Below, piece by piece: positions 1 through 13,745 of a stretch of DNA of 64,000 nt. The position numbers and the translations under genes are program-made. Source of the DNA: Chiloscyllium plagiosum (lineage: Eukaryota); the NCBI RefSeq assembly GCF_004010195.1, contig NC_057720.1:12695508-12759507 (forward strand), written 5' to 3'. Under the pieces are notes generated by a model. It saw only the letters and a list, made by a program, of their open reading frames with translations, did no database searches and was not told the origin of the DNA. Every line of letters begins with the position of its first letter. Position 1 is the stretch's first letter.

Positions 1-410
1 CCCCCATGACAACTACCCTGTCTCTCTCACTCCTATCGAGAATCATCTTTGCTAACCTTTCCTCTACATCTCTGGAACTATTCGGAGGCCTATAGAAAAC
101 TCCATTAAGGGTGACCTCTCCTTTCCTGTTTCTAATTTCAGCCTATACTACCTCAGTTGACGAGTCCCGAAACATCCTTTCTGCAACTGTAATACTGTAC
201 TTGACCAACAATGCCACATCTCCCCCTCTTTTACCACCTGAAACATCTAAATCTTGGAACCTGCAATAACCATTCCTCTCCTTGCTCTAACCATGTCTCC
301 GAAATGGCCACAACATCGAAGTCCCAGGTACCAATCGATGCTGCAAGTTCACCCACTTATTCTGGATGCTCCTGGTGTTGCATAGACACACTTCAAACCA
401 ACTTCTTGCT
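1..410 (-). mobile_element. CR1-type LINE fragment, start of the ORF2 AP-endonuclease
   Basis: The minus strand reads ..GELAASIGTWDFDVVAISETWLEQG.. with frameshifts. Confidence 0.75.
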
Positions 411-661
411 TGCTGGTGCCATCTTGCGTCCCTGAAACTTGATTTTGGACCTCTCTACTCTCAACCTTTTCTACACAAAGTGTTCAAGACTGAGATTTGA
501 ACCCATGACATTACAACAGAAAGAGACATTCGAGAAGGTATCTGGAATAGAGGTAGGGTATCAAAAATGGGTTTTGTGGAAATATAAGGTGGAGAAGAGA
601 CTTAGTAAAATAACCATAAATGGCAGGGCTTCAGCACCTGCAATTATAGTTCCTGAGACGT

Positions 662-949
662 TTAGATTAGATTACTTACAGTGTGGAAACAGGCCCTTCG
701 GCCCAACAAGTCCACACCGACCCGCCCCCAACCAGACCCATTCCCCTAAATCTAACACTACAGGCAATTTAGCATGGCCAATTCACCTAACCTGCACGTT
801 TTTGGACAGTGGGAGGAAACCAGAGGAAACCCACACAGACACAGGGAGAATGTGCAAACTTCACACAGACAGGCGCCTGAGGTGGGAATTGAACCCGGGT
901 CTCTGGCGCTGTGTGGCAGCAGTGCTAACCACTGATCCACCGTGCCACC
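662..949 (-). mobile_element. HE1/V-SINE-type tRNA-derived SINE
   Basis: Reverse complement of the 7000-7320 element, with a (TAATC)n tail at about 662. Confidence 0.85.
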
Positions 950-1195
950 CACATTGCTGCCACAATGGCATTTTTATTTGGAATGCTCCCTCATTTTACT
1001 TCACCACTCTGTCAATGCACCTTTCCAGCTTCACAGAGCAAGGAGTGGGTCTCTGGCGCTGTGTGGCAGCAGTGCTAACCACTGATCCACCAGCCACCCA
1101 CATTGCTGCCACAATGGCATTTTTATTTGGAATGCTCCCTCATTTTACTTCACCACTCTGTCAATGCACCTTTCCAGCTTCACAGAGCAAGGAGT
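897..1195. repeat. Direct tandem duplication of about 150 bp (SINE head plus flank)
   Basis: 897-1046 and 1047-1195 are near-identical. Confidence 0.9.
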
Positions 1196-1318
1196 GTGAA
1201 ACACAAGAAGCTAAGTGTTGGTCAGACAGAGTCCGGGCACATAGCTTTCTAGCTAGTGTTTTATTCCACCTCACAAAACACAAAACTCTAATACCACTCA
1301 ATAATATGTTCCCTATTA

Positions 1319-1395
1319 TTAGATTAGATTAGATTACATTACAGTATGGAAACAGGCCCTTCGGCCCAACAAGTCCACACCGACCCGCCGAAGCG
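1319..1395 (-). mobile_element. 5'-truncated SINE/LINE 3' tail flanked by a 45-bp direct repeat
   Basis: The tail matches 7245-7320. 1274-1318 is identical to 1396-1440. Confidence 0.8.
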
Positions 1396-1474
1396 CAAAA
1401 CACAAAACTCTAATACCACTCAATAATATGTTCCCTATTATGTACATGTCCCCAGTCGAATGCTCCCCCAATTA

Positions 1475-1687
1475 TGAGAAACTGAGGACTGCAGATGTTG
1501 GAGATCAGAGTCAAAAGGTGTGGCGCTGGGAAAACGCAGCCGGTCAGGCAGCATCCGAGGAGCAGGGGAGTCAACGTTTCGGGCATAAGCCCTTCATTAG
1601 GAAATGGATGAAGAGCTTATGTTTGGACCTGCTCCTTAGATACTGCCTGACCTGCTGTGCTTTCCCATCGCCATTCTTTATGACTCC
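1475..1687. mobile_element. Palindromic Penelope-terminus-derived element, hammerhead family A (core mutated)
   Basis: Inverted arms. The minus strand reads ctaatga-agggcttatgccc-gaaacgtt. Confidence 0.7.
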
Positions 1688-3449
1688 CGAAATTCTGCCT
1701 TAATTACCATATAACTACAAAGTAGGACCTCGGACTGAGTGCATTCAGTTGTTGGATAGGAATCTCTAAATGTTTATTTTGTAGAAATCTAATATAGCTT
1801 ATATCTTGTAGTTTGCATAAACTGAAACCAATTGTTTAAGTTATGTGATTGCCAACCTTAGGTGCTCAGAAGGTGTCTCGTGAAAAAGCAACTTGATTGA
1901 GATCCAGCTTCAGCTAGATCCTCATAAATGAGTCAGCTCGGGCTTTTTTTTTTGAGGAGAATAAAATTCAGCAAATGTACTCACTCTGACCCAGGACTGA
2001 GTGTGCACAGTTGTTAACTGAGAAAGTCTCAGTTTTTATTTTGTATAAATATAGTTTAACTTTGTAGTCAGCATTAAACTGAAATTCTAAGTTCTGTAGT
2101 TCCCAGGCCGTCAACATGGTTTCATGAAAGAGAAATCAAGTTTAATAAATTTGTTAGAGTTCTCTGAGCATGTAAAAAGTAGAGCTGTTAAAAAGGAAAC
2201 TGGTGGATCTGGTGTATTTAGATTTGCAGAAGGTATGTGTAAAGAAAGTGTAAAGGAATTTTATCTGCCAGAGGATAGTGAATGTTTGGAATTCTCTACC
2301 CATAAGACCATAAAACATAGGAGCATAAATTAGGCCATTCAGCCCATCAAGTCTGCTCTGCCATTCAATCGTGGCTGATACGTTTCTCAACCCCATTTTC
2401 CCATTTTCTACCTGTAACTTTTGATCCCCTTAACAATCAAGAACCTATCCATCCCTGTCTTAAATCATCCCAAAGAGTAATGGATGCTAATTGATCACTG
2501 AAAGTGTTTAAAGAGGAAGTAGGTAGGTTTTTGAAATATTGGAGAGTTCAGGGCAATGATGAGCTGGAATGAAAGAGGAGCTGAGGCCTTTGGGTAGCCA
2601 TGATCTTGTTAAATGGAGGATCAGTCTTGAGGGGCCATGTGGTACTACTCCGATTTCTTATCTTCTTATGTACTCTCTTAAGGCAGGTTTTAACACGTCT
2701 GAAGAATCAAGTTTTAAGAATTAGCTAAAACTGGTTTTCCATCAAGTGAGCAAGATAGGCCTATTGTCTTTTGAGCACATAAAACTGGTCAACTTAGTAT
2801 TACATCGTGCTTGAGAGTGACTTACTACAGGACCAGAAAATATAATCTCAGAGTAAGGGGTCATCCAAGTAAAATGGGGATGGAAAGGAATTTCTTCTCT
2901 TAGAGGGTGGTGAATCTGTGGCATTCTTTACTGGAGGGGACTTTTGAGGCTGGATTATTAAGAATATTCAGTGTTTACCACTTTAAGAATTGATTCTTAC
3001 TCAACTACAGGAGAAATGAGTTTCTGGGAAGTGACTGAGGTCTATTTTTTTCTTAAGTTTCAGCATTGTTTGCAACTGGTGGTAACATAAATAAAATAGT
3101 TAAAAACATGATTCGATATAATGTTGAATAAAATAACTAAATATTCTATTTAATTGTGCAAAAATAGGTCACACATCAGAAGATTGGAAAGAATATATAT
3201 ATAAAAAAACTAAAAAGACAAAAAGTTAATAAGGAGGGAGATATTGTGGTATGCACAAGGTTGAGCCAGAGATATAAAAGCAGGATAGTCGGAGTTTCAG
3301 TAAATATTTGAAGAAGAGAAATGTTAACAAAATAAGTTCTGAGGAAAGGTTGCTCGATCCAAAAAGTTAACTCTAATTTTTCTCCACAGATGCTGCCAGA
3401 CCTGTTGAGCTTGTCCAGCAATTTTTGTTTTTGTTAACAAAGCAAGTCT

Positions 3450-4590
3450 TAGTCCTATAGAAAGTGAGACTAGAAAATTACTAATAAACACTAAGGAAAT
3501 GGCTGATGAATGGAACTGTGTTTTTGCAACAGGCTTCATGATAAAGGATAAAAGTAGCACCCCAGAGGCAGCAATAAATCAGAAAATGGGAGGTAGGAAA
3601 ATCACAAATACCAGAGAAATGGAACTGAGTAAGTTGTTGGAGCTGAGGGCTGATCTGATGGCATTCTTCTGTGGGTTTTAAAAGAGGTGGCAAGTGAGAT
3701 AGTTAATTTTCCAAAGCTCCCTTGATTCAGCAAAGGTTTCATAAGATTGGAACCAATGTAACTCCTTCATTAAATAAAGGGAAGGAGGCAGAAAGTAGGA
3801 AACAGAAAATCAGATAACTTAACATCTATTATAGAAGCTATTACTAGGGAATTTACAGCAGGTCCCTTGGATAAGTTCAACGTAATCAGGCAGAGTCATC
3901 ATGGCTTTGTGAAAGGGCAATTATGTTTGACCATTCTATTGGAGTTAGAGTCATAGAGTCATAGAGATGTACAGCATGGAAGCAGACACTTCGGTCCAAC
4001 CTGTCCATGCCGACCAGATGTCCCAACCCAATCTAGCCCCACCTGCCAGCACCCATATCCTTCCAAACCGTTCCTATTCATATACCCACCCAGATTCCTC
4101 TTAAATGTTGCAATTGTACCAGCCTCCACCACTTCCTCTGGCAGTTCATTCCATACACGTACCATCCTCTGTGTGAAAACGTTGCCCTTTAGGTCTCTTT
4201 TATATCTTTCCCCTCTCACCCTAAACCTATGCCCTCTACCTCTGGACTTCCCCACACTAGGGAAAAGACTTGCCTCTTTACCCTATCCATGTACCTCATA
4301 ATTTTGTAAACTTCTATAAGGTCACCCCTCAGCCTCCAATGCTCCAGGGAAAGCAGCCCCAGCCTGTTCAGCGTCTCCCTGTAACTCAAACCCTCTAACC
4401 CTGGCAACATCCTTGTAAGTCCTTTCTGAACCCTTTCAAGTTTCACAACATCTTTCCGATAGGAAGGAGACCAGATATGCACGCAATATTCCATTCTTTG
4501 AGGGAGTAACACATGGATGAAGGGGATACTGTGTACATAGATTTTCAGAAGATATTTGATAAATTGTCATTTAAATGTTAATGCAGCAGA
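3450..4590 (+). mobile_element. Old CR1 LINE RT remnant that resumes at about 16646-17300
   Basis: Degenerate CR1 RT (..HGFVKG..CLT.LLE.., DFQK.FDK), interrupted by a younger CR1 and by the nested stack. Confidence 0.65.
3946..4493 (-). mobile_element. CR1 LINE 3' end
   Basis: ORFs EYCVHIWSPSYRKDVVKLERVQ and FTQRMVRVWNELP, with a short tandem-repeat tail. Confidence 0.85.
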
Positions 4591-4599
4591 ACGAAAGAG

Positions 4600-4948
4600 C
4601 TGGTGAGCGATCTCAGGAAGTGGAATGGAGGATCAGCTCCTGTCTGTATCAATGGGGCTGGGGTGGAGGTGGTTGAGAGCTTTAAGCAAACATATCACCA
4701 ACAATCTGTTTCTATTTTGATGCTTCAGTCAAGAAAGCACACCAACATCTCTACTTCCTCGTGAGGCTAAGGAAATTCAGCATGTCCGCAATGACTCTTA
4801 CCAACTTTTACAGATGCACCACAGAAAGTATCCTATCTGATAGATAGATCACAGCTTGGTATGGCAACTGCTCTGCCCAAGACAGTAAGAGATTACAGAG
4901 ATTTGTGAATACAGCCCAGTCCATCACGAAAACCAGCCTTCCTCATTG
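4600..4948 (+). mobile_element. Rex1/Babar-type LINE fragment, left part (right part at about 16335-16648)
   Basis: Reads LYFL.RLRKF..TNFYRCT.ESILS..ITAWYGNC and continues as LPSI.SVYTSHC/ANIIK.PSHP after 16335. Confidence 0.7.
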
Positions 4949-6999
4949 AATAAAAACTGAAAGAACTGTGGATGCTGTAAATCAGAAACAAAAACCAGGG
5001 GTTGCTGGAAAAGCTCAGCAGATCTGGCAGCAACTGTGGCGACAAATTAGAGTTAAACATTTCAGTTCTGGTGACCCTTCCTCAGAACTGGTTCTGAAGA
5101 ACCCAGAACCCAGTTTTTTAAAAAAAGGAATACTTTTATTGAAAAATAGATTTTATAATATTACAACAGATACAAAACAATACAATGCAAAACAATGTAA
5201 AGAAAAAACACCAAAAATGTAAAAAACCCAAACCGATCTCATGTACAAATGTATAAATATGTATGAAAAATATAAAAATTCCAACTAACTACATAACTAA
5301 ATGAATAACAAAATAAAAACAAACTTATAAATAATAATACAGCTCAGCCAAACAAAACACTCACTCTCAAATAGTGAGAACATTAGTTTTCACATAATCA
5401 TACGTTCACAGGTCCCCCCTCTCTGGATATTGGACTCATAAAGCAATCGTTACAGCTATATAAAAGCCCTTATAAGTGTGGCAGACAAATCTGTGTTCAG
5501 GTATTCCAAAAAGAGCTGCCATGTCTTATAGAAATTCTCAGTTTTGTGGTGTACCATACTTGTGAGAAAATGTACCATACTTGGGGATATGCTCCATACC
5601 AATCTTCCGCCAACCCAACAGGCCCGGGGGATTTTTTGGATGCCCAACCTAACAAGATATTCTTTCTTGCGTAGAAAGTGAGGATGTTGAAACGTTTTTT
5701 CTTCTGTGCATCTGCAGGGAACACACTGGGCAGGCTAAGAAGAAGAGAGATCAGGTCCTTCTCCAACTTTACACCCAAAATCTCCTCCATTGCACCCGCC
5801 ACAGCGCTTCAGTATGTTTGAAGCCTACCACAGGACCAGAGACAATGGGTAAGAGTGCCCGTACCAACAAGAGTGCACTTGGGACATGTTGAAGAAACCC
5901 CCCAGTTTAATTTTTGACAAACGATCCGGAGCCAAGTAGACCCTGTGAAGAATCTTCAACAGTAAAGCATGGGTCCTATTGCAAATTGATATCCTTCTTG
6001 GGTTTTCCCAAATATCTCCCCATGTCTCTGAGGCGATCTCAATGCCTAGCTCTCTTCCTCACACCTTGCAGAGTCGATTGAACTCATCTGAGGGGGCACC
6101 ACCCCAATTGATGACATAAAGTGCTGACAGAAAGTGAACTTAGCATTGAGCACCCTCCTCTTTATGTCGGATTTGTAGGGATCAGTCAAAAATGTAGTCC
6201 TTTTTTGAATAAAATCCCTAACTTGAAAATACAAAAGAGGTCCCTGTTAGATAGCTCGCATTTCCGCGCTATCTGATCAAAGGACATCATTGTATCTCCC
6301 TCAAATAGATCACCCATGCAAGACACACCCCTAGCTGCCCAATATTTGAATCCTGAATCTATCATCCCTAGTTGAAAACCCAGCATACCCAATAAAGGTG
6401 TAAGAGATGTTTTGCCAATATTGCCTTCCCTCTGTTGAATCACCCTCCATGCTTTAACAGTATTGATAACTATTCAGTTATGGCAATATTCCCTAACTGT
6501 CCTTATTTTGTCCAAAGACTGCAACTAGTAAAGGGGTAACCTGCCAGAGAGGTTTCAATATCTAACCATATTGGAAGAGGGTCCCTACAAGCCCAATCAC
6601 TCCTGTAAGATGAAAGCGAGCTTAGTTGATAGTTTTTAATCTCTGGGAGATCCAGTCCCCCCAGTCTCTGAGGCGATTGTAGTTTAGCTAATTTAATAAG
6701 GGGCCACTTACGATGTCAAATAAAAGAGTGGAACCAGCCATTCAGTCTCCTGAATGTTTGCTTATTGAAAATCAGAGGGAGCATCCATATATGGTACAAC
6801 AAACAGGGGAGAATATTCATCTTAATAAGTGCTATCTTATGCAACCATGAGACCAGAAGTGCCTCCCATCTTTGACGGTTATGTTTGGTTTTGTCAAGTA
6901 ATTGAACAAAATTAGCTTCAAACAACCAATCAAGAACTGGAGTAATGAATATGCCCAAATGCACAAAACCCCCCCCGTGACCACTTAAGTGGGAAATGT

Positions 7000-7320
7000 G
7001 GGCGGCACGGTGGTACAGTGGTTAGCACTGCTGCCTCACAGCGCCGGAGACCCGGGTTCAATTCCCGCCTCAGGCGACTGACTGTGTGGAGTTTGCACGT
7101 TCTCCCTGTGTCTGCGTGGGTTTCCTCCGGGTGCTCCGGTTTCCTCCCACAGTCCAAAGATGTGCAGGTTAGGTGAATTGGCCATGCTAAATTGCCCGTA
7201 GTGTTAGGTAAGGGGTAAATGTAGGGGTATGGGTGAGTTGCGCTTCGGCGGGTCGGTGTGGACTTGTTGGGCCGAAAGGCCTGTTTCCACACTGTAATGT
7301 AATGTAATCTAATCTAATCT
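7000..7320 (+). mobile_element. HE1/V-SINE-type SINE, full length, inserted in the L1-B RT
   Basis: Pol III A box tggtacagtggt (7011-7022), B box ggttcaattccc (7055-7066), core tgtgtggagtttgcacgttctcc, and a (TAATG/TAATC)n tail. Confidence 0.9.
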
Positions 7321-8069
7321 GAGATTCGCCCTCAAGACCTAGCATCTTCATGAGACCACCCATAGGAATAGCCTCTGAGTTTGCAAAATTAATCTTGTAC
7401 CCCGAAAAGGTGCTAAACGAGCTGATGCATTGTATCAGGCGAGGTACTGAAACTGCTGGATTTGACAAAAAAATGAGGACATCGTCCACAGACAACAAAA
7501 TCTGATGTAATTTTGACCCAACTTCTGGAGCTGATATATTGGGATCCCTATGAATGGCCTCCGCTAATGGGTTTAATCACCAATGTAAAAAGCAATGCTG
7601 GCTGTCCTTAAAAATATTAAAATTGTTTGATCATACCCCACTGGTGATGACCGCAGCAAGAGGATCACTGCAGAGAACCTTTACCTTCATTATAAAGGCT
7701 TCACCTAAGCCAAACCGCTCCAGAGTATAAAAAACATACAGCCATTCAACTTGGTCAAATGCCTTCTCTGCATCTAGAGAAATCACCAATCCCTGTATTG
7801 ACTGTCATTGACACACTTGAATTACATTAAACAGCATCCACACATTATTAGAGGAACTGTGGATCTTTATGAAGCCCTTTTGGTCCTCTTTAACAATAGA
7901 AGGTAACATAGTCTCCAGCCTTAACACAACAGTCTTAGAGAGGATTTTGAAGTTGACATTTAAGAGTGAAATGGGCCTGTATAAAGCACAGTTCTCCAGG
8001 ACCTTCCCTTTTTAAAGAATAAGCGAAATATTGGCCTCTCTTAGAGATGGCAGGAGACGATCACAACTG

Positions 8070-11000
8070 CTCGATTACGGATTTCATCTCATCCATGAAT
8101 AAGAGATTAACTAGGGGACATCTCGACTGCTAGGTGCCAATGTCAAGCCAAATTGACTCCGAATTCCCCTGTACCCAGTCCCCCAAATACGCTAACAGGG
8201 CACTTATTTGATATCTCCTCAAGTCCGGAAGATCCATCCCTCCCTCACCCTGCAAAAGCTGCAATTTAGTAAATTTAATTAGGGGGACCCTGCGACACCA
8301 AATGAAGGACCCTAGCCAGCCATTGAGCCTCCATAACACTGGTCTGGGTAGCAACAATGGGAGCATTCTCATGGGGTACAACAGGCCAGGAAGAACTTTC
8401 ATCTTAATCAGGGCTATTTGGTCTAACCATGATAACGAATCCCTCCCACTGCGGCAAATCTTGTTTTATCGTCTCCAGTAATTGTACATGGTGAGCTTTA
8501 TATAGCTGGTGGAAGGCAGGAGGAATAAAAATTCCCAAATACGGAAAACCTTTTGACAACCATCTAAACTGGAACTGAATTCCATCCTTCAGATCAGGCA
8601 GCTCCATTAATCCCACACCCGCAAGCATGGCTTCTGATTTTGTGAAATTGATCCTGCATACCGAAAAACTGCCAAATAAATAATTTTCTGAATAAATTAA
8701 GGAACAAGCTCCTCCGGATTGGCCAAGAACAAAAGGACATCATCAGTATATAAGGTGATCTTATGCTTCCCCATTCCCACCCTTGGCGCCATTATTTCAG
8801 GATCCCTCCTGATAGCCTCAGCTAACGCTCAATTACCAAGGTAAATAACAGTGGTGAAAGAGAACACCCCTGTCAACTACCTCTCCCAATATTAAAGTTA
8901 TCCAAAATGGTACTGTTTGTAATGACTGCTGCCTTAGGATCATTATACAATATGGCAAAGGGTCCCCCCAGACCAAAGCGCAGGAGCCCAAACAGGTACG
9001 GCCATTCTATCCAGTCAAATGCCTTTTCTGTGTCTCGGGAGACCACCACACCCGGAATCAATCTTTGCTGGCATACCTGCTCTATCTTCAATACCCTCCG
9101 GATATTGTTGGAGGAGCTACGGTCCTTGGTAAAACCTGTCTGATCTTATTTTACAACAGAAGGTAATACCTTTTCCAACCTCAGGCCCAGCACCTTTGAC
9201 AGAATTTTAATGTCTACGTTAAAGTCTATGAAGCACATTCTTCAGGGTCTTTCCCCTTCTTTAAAATGAGGGAGATATTAGCCTCCTTAAGAGAGGGTGG
9301 AAGACAATCCTGTGTATGTGAATAGCTATACATCCCTAGAAGTGGCTCCACCAACACATTTATGAATTCCTTATAAAACTTACTCAGGAATCCATCTGAC
9401 CCTGGAGCTTTGCCACTCTGGAGATGCTTTATTGCTTCCTGCACCTCTGATATTATCATAGACACTTCTAACAGGGAGACCTGTTCTGTGTTTATACTGG
9501 GGAGGTCCAGGTTCTCAAAAAAGGACTGCATTCTTCCTGCACTGTCTTTGTCGCCCTTTGACCAATATAACAGTGCGAAGTATTCCCTAAGTCTAACACT
9601 CATGTGTGTGCAATGAGTCGAGAGCAGCCGGAGGGCTGTGATCCGCAGCAGCTTGACCAATGAGGGCCTATTATAATTTGTTTCCTCAGCTACCTTCAGC
9701 CGGGCCTCCAGCATCCATTGCTGCTCCTCCCTCTGCCTCCTTCTCGTGGTTGCATATGAAATGATCAGGCCTTGTAAATATGACTTAGTGACCTCCCAAA
9801 GTATTGCGGGATTACAGGCCTACCAGAGCTGATATCCCAGAAGGCCCTGAAATCTCTTGTAATGTACTCAGTTAATTTGCTATCCCTTAACAGGAATGGG
9901 CCCATGTGCCAGTTCCGTGCATCCATTCCACCACCCTTGATTTTAACATTTAAATACACTGGCCATGGTCTGAGGCAGCTATATTCCCAATTTTGCATGC
10001 CAATGTTCTGTCCAAACAAACCGACAGCATAGGGAACATGTCGACTCACGTGTGGCACTTGTGTGGGTTGGAATAAAAAGCAAAGTCTCTTCCATTAGGG
10101 TGGAAATGCCTCCACACATCCACTAATCCCAACTCCTCACACGAGTCCACCAACTGTCTAGATTGCTGGGCCTCGTGGCACCCTGTCTACCCCAGGCCAT
10201 TAGGCGGTTAAAATCCCTTCCTATGACCATGTGGCGCATCCCAAGATTCATTAATTTAGCAACCGTATCAATTGGAAATTTAAGAGAGTGCACTGGGAGA
10301 CAATCAACTATCAGGGCGCCATATCTTTCTCCGTGTATTAGAACTTTAAGACTGATGAACCGTCCATGTTTGCCCTAAATTTGCTCAGTTACCTGGAATG
10401 GGAGGCTCCTTCTCACCAGTATAGCCAGTCCTCTACACTTGGAGCTAAAGGAGGCGAAGAATACCCTGTCATATACCCCCTGCTGCAGCTTTAGATGTTC
10501 CTTATCAGTTTAATGCATCTCTTGCAGCAGGGCAATGTCAACCCTTTCCTTCCTAAGGCCTGACAGCACCTTCTTTCTTTTAATGGGGGAATGGCTGCCT
10601 TTTACATTCCAGGTGCACCACCTGAACTAATCTCTAGCCATGGTCATCCATGGCAGCCCATGGTTTCCCAAGAGGAGGAAGCTTCTCTGAGGTGTGGCAA
10701 GCAACAAAGACATTGACACTATAAAGTCTAAAAAAACTATTCCTATAAAAACTACTACAACTAAAAGACTAACCACTACATTTAACTTAAACAAACACCC
10801 AAATAAACCCCAATTCACTAGAGATCTCCCCCCTCGCCCATAGGGGACAATCCTTCCAATCCTTGCTACCACCCTGACTCCTTCCAGCTGAGACCACACC
10901 AGACAATAAAGAAAACATGTTATTTACATTCTGAGAGTTAACAATGGATGTCCACCCTCACCTCCACACCTCTTCTCCGTTCATCTTAACCACAGGTATA

Positions 11001-12306
11001 GTCACCCCCAATCCAAATAAAAAGGACAGCAGGAAAAAACCCCAGACAATAACCAACCAACCAAAATGATAAATTTTACACTAAGGCAGCACAAAAGCTA
11101 TGAAACCGATAACCATAAAAAAGGGAGAGAGGAGCAAAAGAAGGGCAGAAAAAGTAAAGAAAAACTGTACCATTGTCCGCATCGGTGCCCCTTCCCCTCC
11201 GCCCCACCCCCACACCACTCCTGACCTGAGTCCTTTATTTAAAAGTCCAGCAGGTTTAATTGGAAGCACTAGCTTTCGGAGTGCTGCTCCTTCATCAGGT
11301 GGTTGTGGTTATTTCAAAGAATTCACAAAGGCCTTTGCTTTTTCTGCTGAATTAACATGAAATACTGCCCCTCTGTGAGTGAAACTCAACACGGTGGGTA
11401 CCTCAAGGAATGTTGAATGTTCAGATTCCTGAATTTTCTCTTCATCAAATGGCTTTCTCTTCTTAACTATGGCTCCTGAAAAGTCTTGAAAAACCATTAT
11501 TCTCGAGCCTTTGTATATTAAAGCCTATGAATCTCTTCCCAGTCTTCTTGCTGTTTCAATCACTAACCATTTTTGTTTATAATGCTGGAGTTGCACTATG
11601 ACCGGGCGGGGGCGCGGGTCTGGCCCGGATCTGCGCATTAAAACCCGGGGGGCTCGCTCTACACTCACCAGGCCCAACTCCAACTCCAGCCCCAGTAACT
11701 TCGGGAATCGAACAAGGTCCTTGACTTCCTCACACTCCAGGAGACCCACAAGCCTTAAGCTTTTTCTTCTTCTTTTGTTTTCCAGATTGTCCACTTGTTC
11801 CTGGAGAACCCGAAACTGGTCTTCCAGTGTTCGGATCCTTCCTCCCAGGACCTCTGCCATGGTCTCCGATGCTGCGGTCCTCTGTTCCACTGCTTCTACT
11901 CTTCGGTCCCATGTTTGAATCTCCAGCTTGTGTTTTTTCAGCATGGCAGACATTGGCTCCACCGGTGCCTCAATCTTTTCATCGAGTTTGGCAAACTCCA
12001 AGACTAAATGCTGCTGGCCCATTAAATCGAAAAGGGGCTGCTCTGGGAGTTTGAGCAATGGCTGCAGTCACCCCTGATGCAGTCGGGGAGTGCCCTGTTT
12101 GCTGTACTCCTTTCGAACCTTTTCCTTTATTCTCCTTCATCCTGATCTTGGAGCTGTCAAACCACAATTTTAGCAGCTCCAGATGTTCGGTAACTTTATA
12201 TCATTGATTTTTCTCCGAGGGGTGGTTAATGAGTGGGGGTGGAGGGTGGGTCCATCTTGCGAGCGGGGTATGGCACAGACCACTCAAACCACCGCCATCT
12301 TAGATC
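8070..12306 (-). mobile_element. L1-clade LINE 'A' nested in B, 3' end missing
   Basis: The 5' end reads gatctaagatggcgg. ORF1 remnants lie at 11309-12140, ORF2 starts near 10641 (WCTWNVKG), and there are RT motifs KAPGSDGF, EKAFD and LYTDD. Confidence 0.8.
11267..11301 (-). ncRNA. Minimal type-I hammerhead ribozyme motif, family B
   Basis: Minus strand cac-ctgatga-a-ggag(cagca)ctcc-gaaa-gc-ta-gtg. Confidence 0.7.
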
Positions 12307-12463
12307 CATCCCGTGTGTATCTTTAACACAGTCTAGTAACTTAAATGGGAGATTCCTCCTAACCAGCATAGCTACTCCCCTACTTCTGGTATTAAAAGAT
12401 GAAAAGTAAACTCAATCAAAGCCATTCTGCTGTAGTTTCAAATGCTCCCTATCATCCAAGTGT

Positions 12464-13211
12464 TTGGCTGAACTGGTCCTCACCCTTAACAATTTCTCCT
12501 TCGAATCCTCCCACTTCCTCCAGACCAAAGGGGTAGCCATGAGCACCCGTATGGGTCCCAGCTATGCCTGTCTCTTTGTTGGCTACATAGAACAGTCCAT
12601 CTTCCGTAATTACACCAGCACCACTCCCCACCTCTTCCTCCGCTACATTGATGACTGCATTGGCGCCACCTCATGCTCCCGCGAGGAGGTTGAGCAATTC
12701 ATCAACTTCACCAACACATTCCACCCTGACCTTAAATTTACTTGGACCATCTCTGACACCTCCCTCCCCCTTCCTGGACCTCTCCATCTCCATCAGTGAC
12801 GACCGATTTGACACTTACATTTTCTACAAACCCACCGACTCCCACAGCTACCTGGATTACACCTCTTCCCACCCTACCTCTTGCAAAAATGCCATCCCAT
12901 ATTCCCAATTCCTCCGCCTCCGCCGGATCTGCTCCCAGGAGGACCAGTTCCACACAGAAAACACCAGATGGCCTCCTTCTTTAGAGACCGCAATTTCCCT
13001 TCCCACGTGGTTAAAGATGCCCTCCAACACATCTCGTCCTGCCCGTAAGTAGGCATCATCTCTCCACGCTTCAGGGTCTCTGCCTTTATTCCTGATGAAG
13101 GGCTTTTGCCCGAAATGTCGATTTTACTGCTCCTCGGATGCTGCCTGAACTGCTATGCTTTTCCAGCACCACTCTAATCTAGACTCTGGATTCCAGCATC
13201 TGCATTTTTTA
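12464..13211 (+). mobile_element. Penelope-like element fragment (RT plus ribozyme-bearing terminal repeat)
   Basis: QTKGVAM..MGPSYACLFVG, LRYIDD, FLDLSI, YKPTDSHSYL, IPYSQFLRLRRICS. TSD cctatcatccaagtgt at 12448-12463 and 13212-13227. Confidence 0.85.
13088..13123 (+). ncRNA. Hammerhead motif, family A, array copy 1
   Basis: attc-ctgatga-a-gggc(tttt)gccc-gaaa-tg-tc-gatt. Confidence 0.65.
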
Positions 13212-13709
13212 CCTATCATCCAAGTGTGTCTCCTGCAACAAAGCAATATCTACTGTTTCCTTTCTAAGACTCGAAAGTACCTTCTTCCTCTTAAGTTGTG
13301 AGTGACTTCCCTTGATGTTCCAGGTACACTATTTAATGAAGTCATTAGCCATAACCCTCTGCAGTAACATTTAGATTCCAGAGAGGAGGAACTTGAACCA
13401 CAAATCGCAGAGCCTTAGTGTCACAAGCTCCAGCGAACTTAAAAACCACATAAACTAAAACTATTACAGTTAACAAACCTACAAAGCTATCAAAGATTAT
13501 ATACAACAAAAACCAAAAAACAAACCAACATATAAAGTGCCAATGGTGCTGAATAGGTGTACTCACCCCCTGCTCAAGGGAGTCATCTACACATCCCAAA
13601 ATCCAACTTTCCACCCTGCTGCCAACACTACAGCCAGGGCATTTAAATACCAGGCATAAACTGCCCGTAAGTAGGCATCATCTCTCCACGCTTCAGGCTT
13701 TCTGTCTGT

Positions 13710-13745
13710 ATTCCTGATGAAGGGCTTTTGCCCGAAATGTCGATT
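13710..13745 (+). ncRNA. Hammerhead motif, family A, array copy 2
   Basis: Same core as copy 1, offset by 622 bp. Confidence 0.65.

Noticed and set aside
439..1332. 297-aa ORF
   Set aside because: It is a chance read-through of an antisense SINE and a 150-bp tandem duplication, with no protein-family features.
7000..7075. tRNA gene
   Set aside because: The A and B boxes belong to a SINE head that continues into the SINE core and tail.
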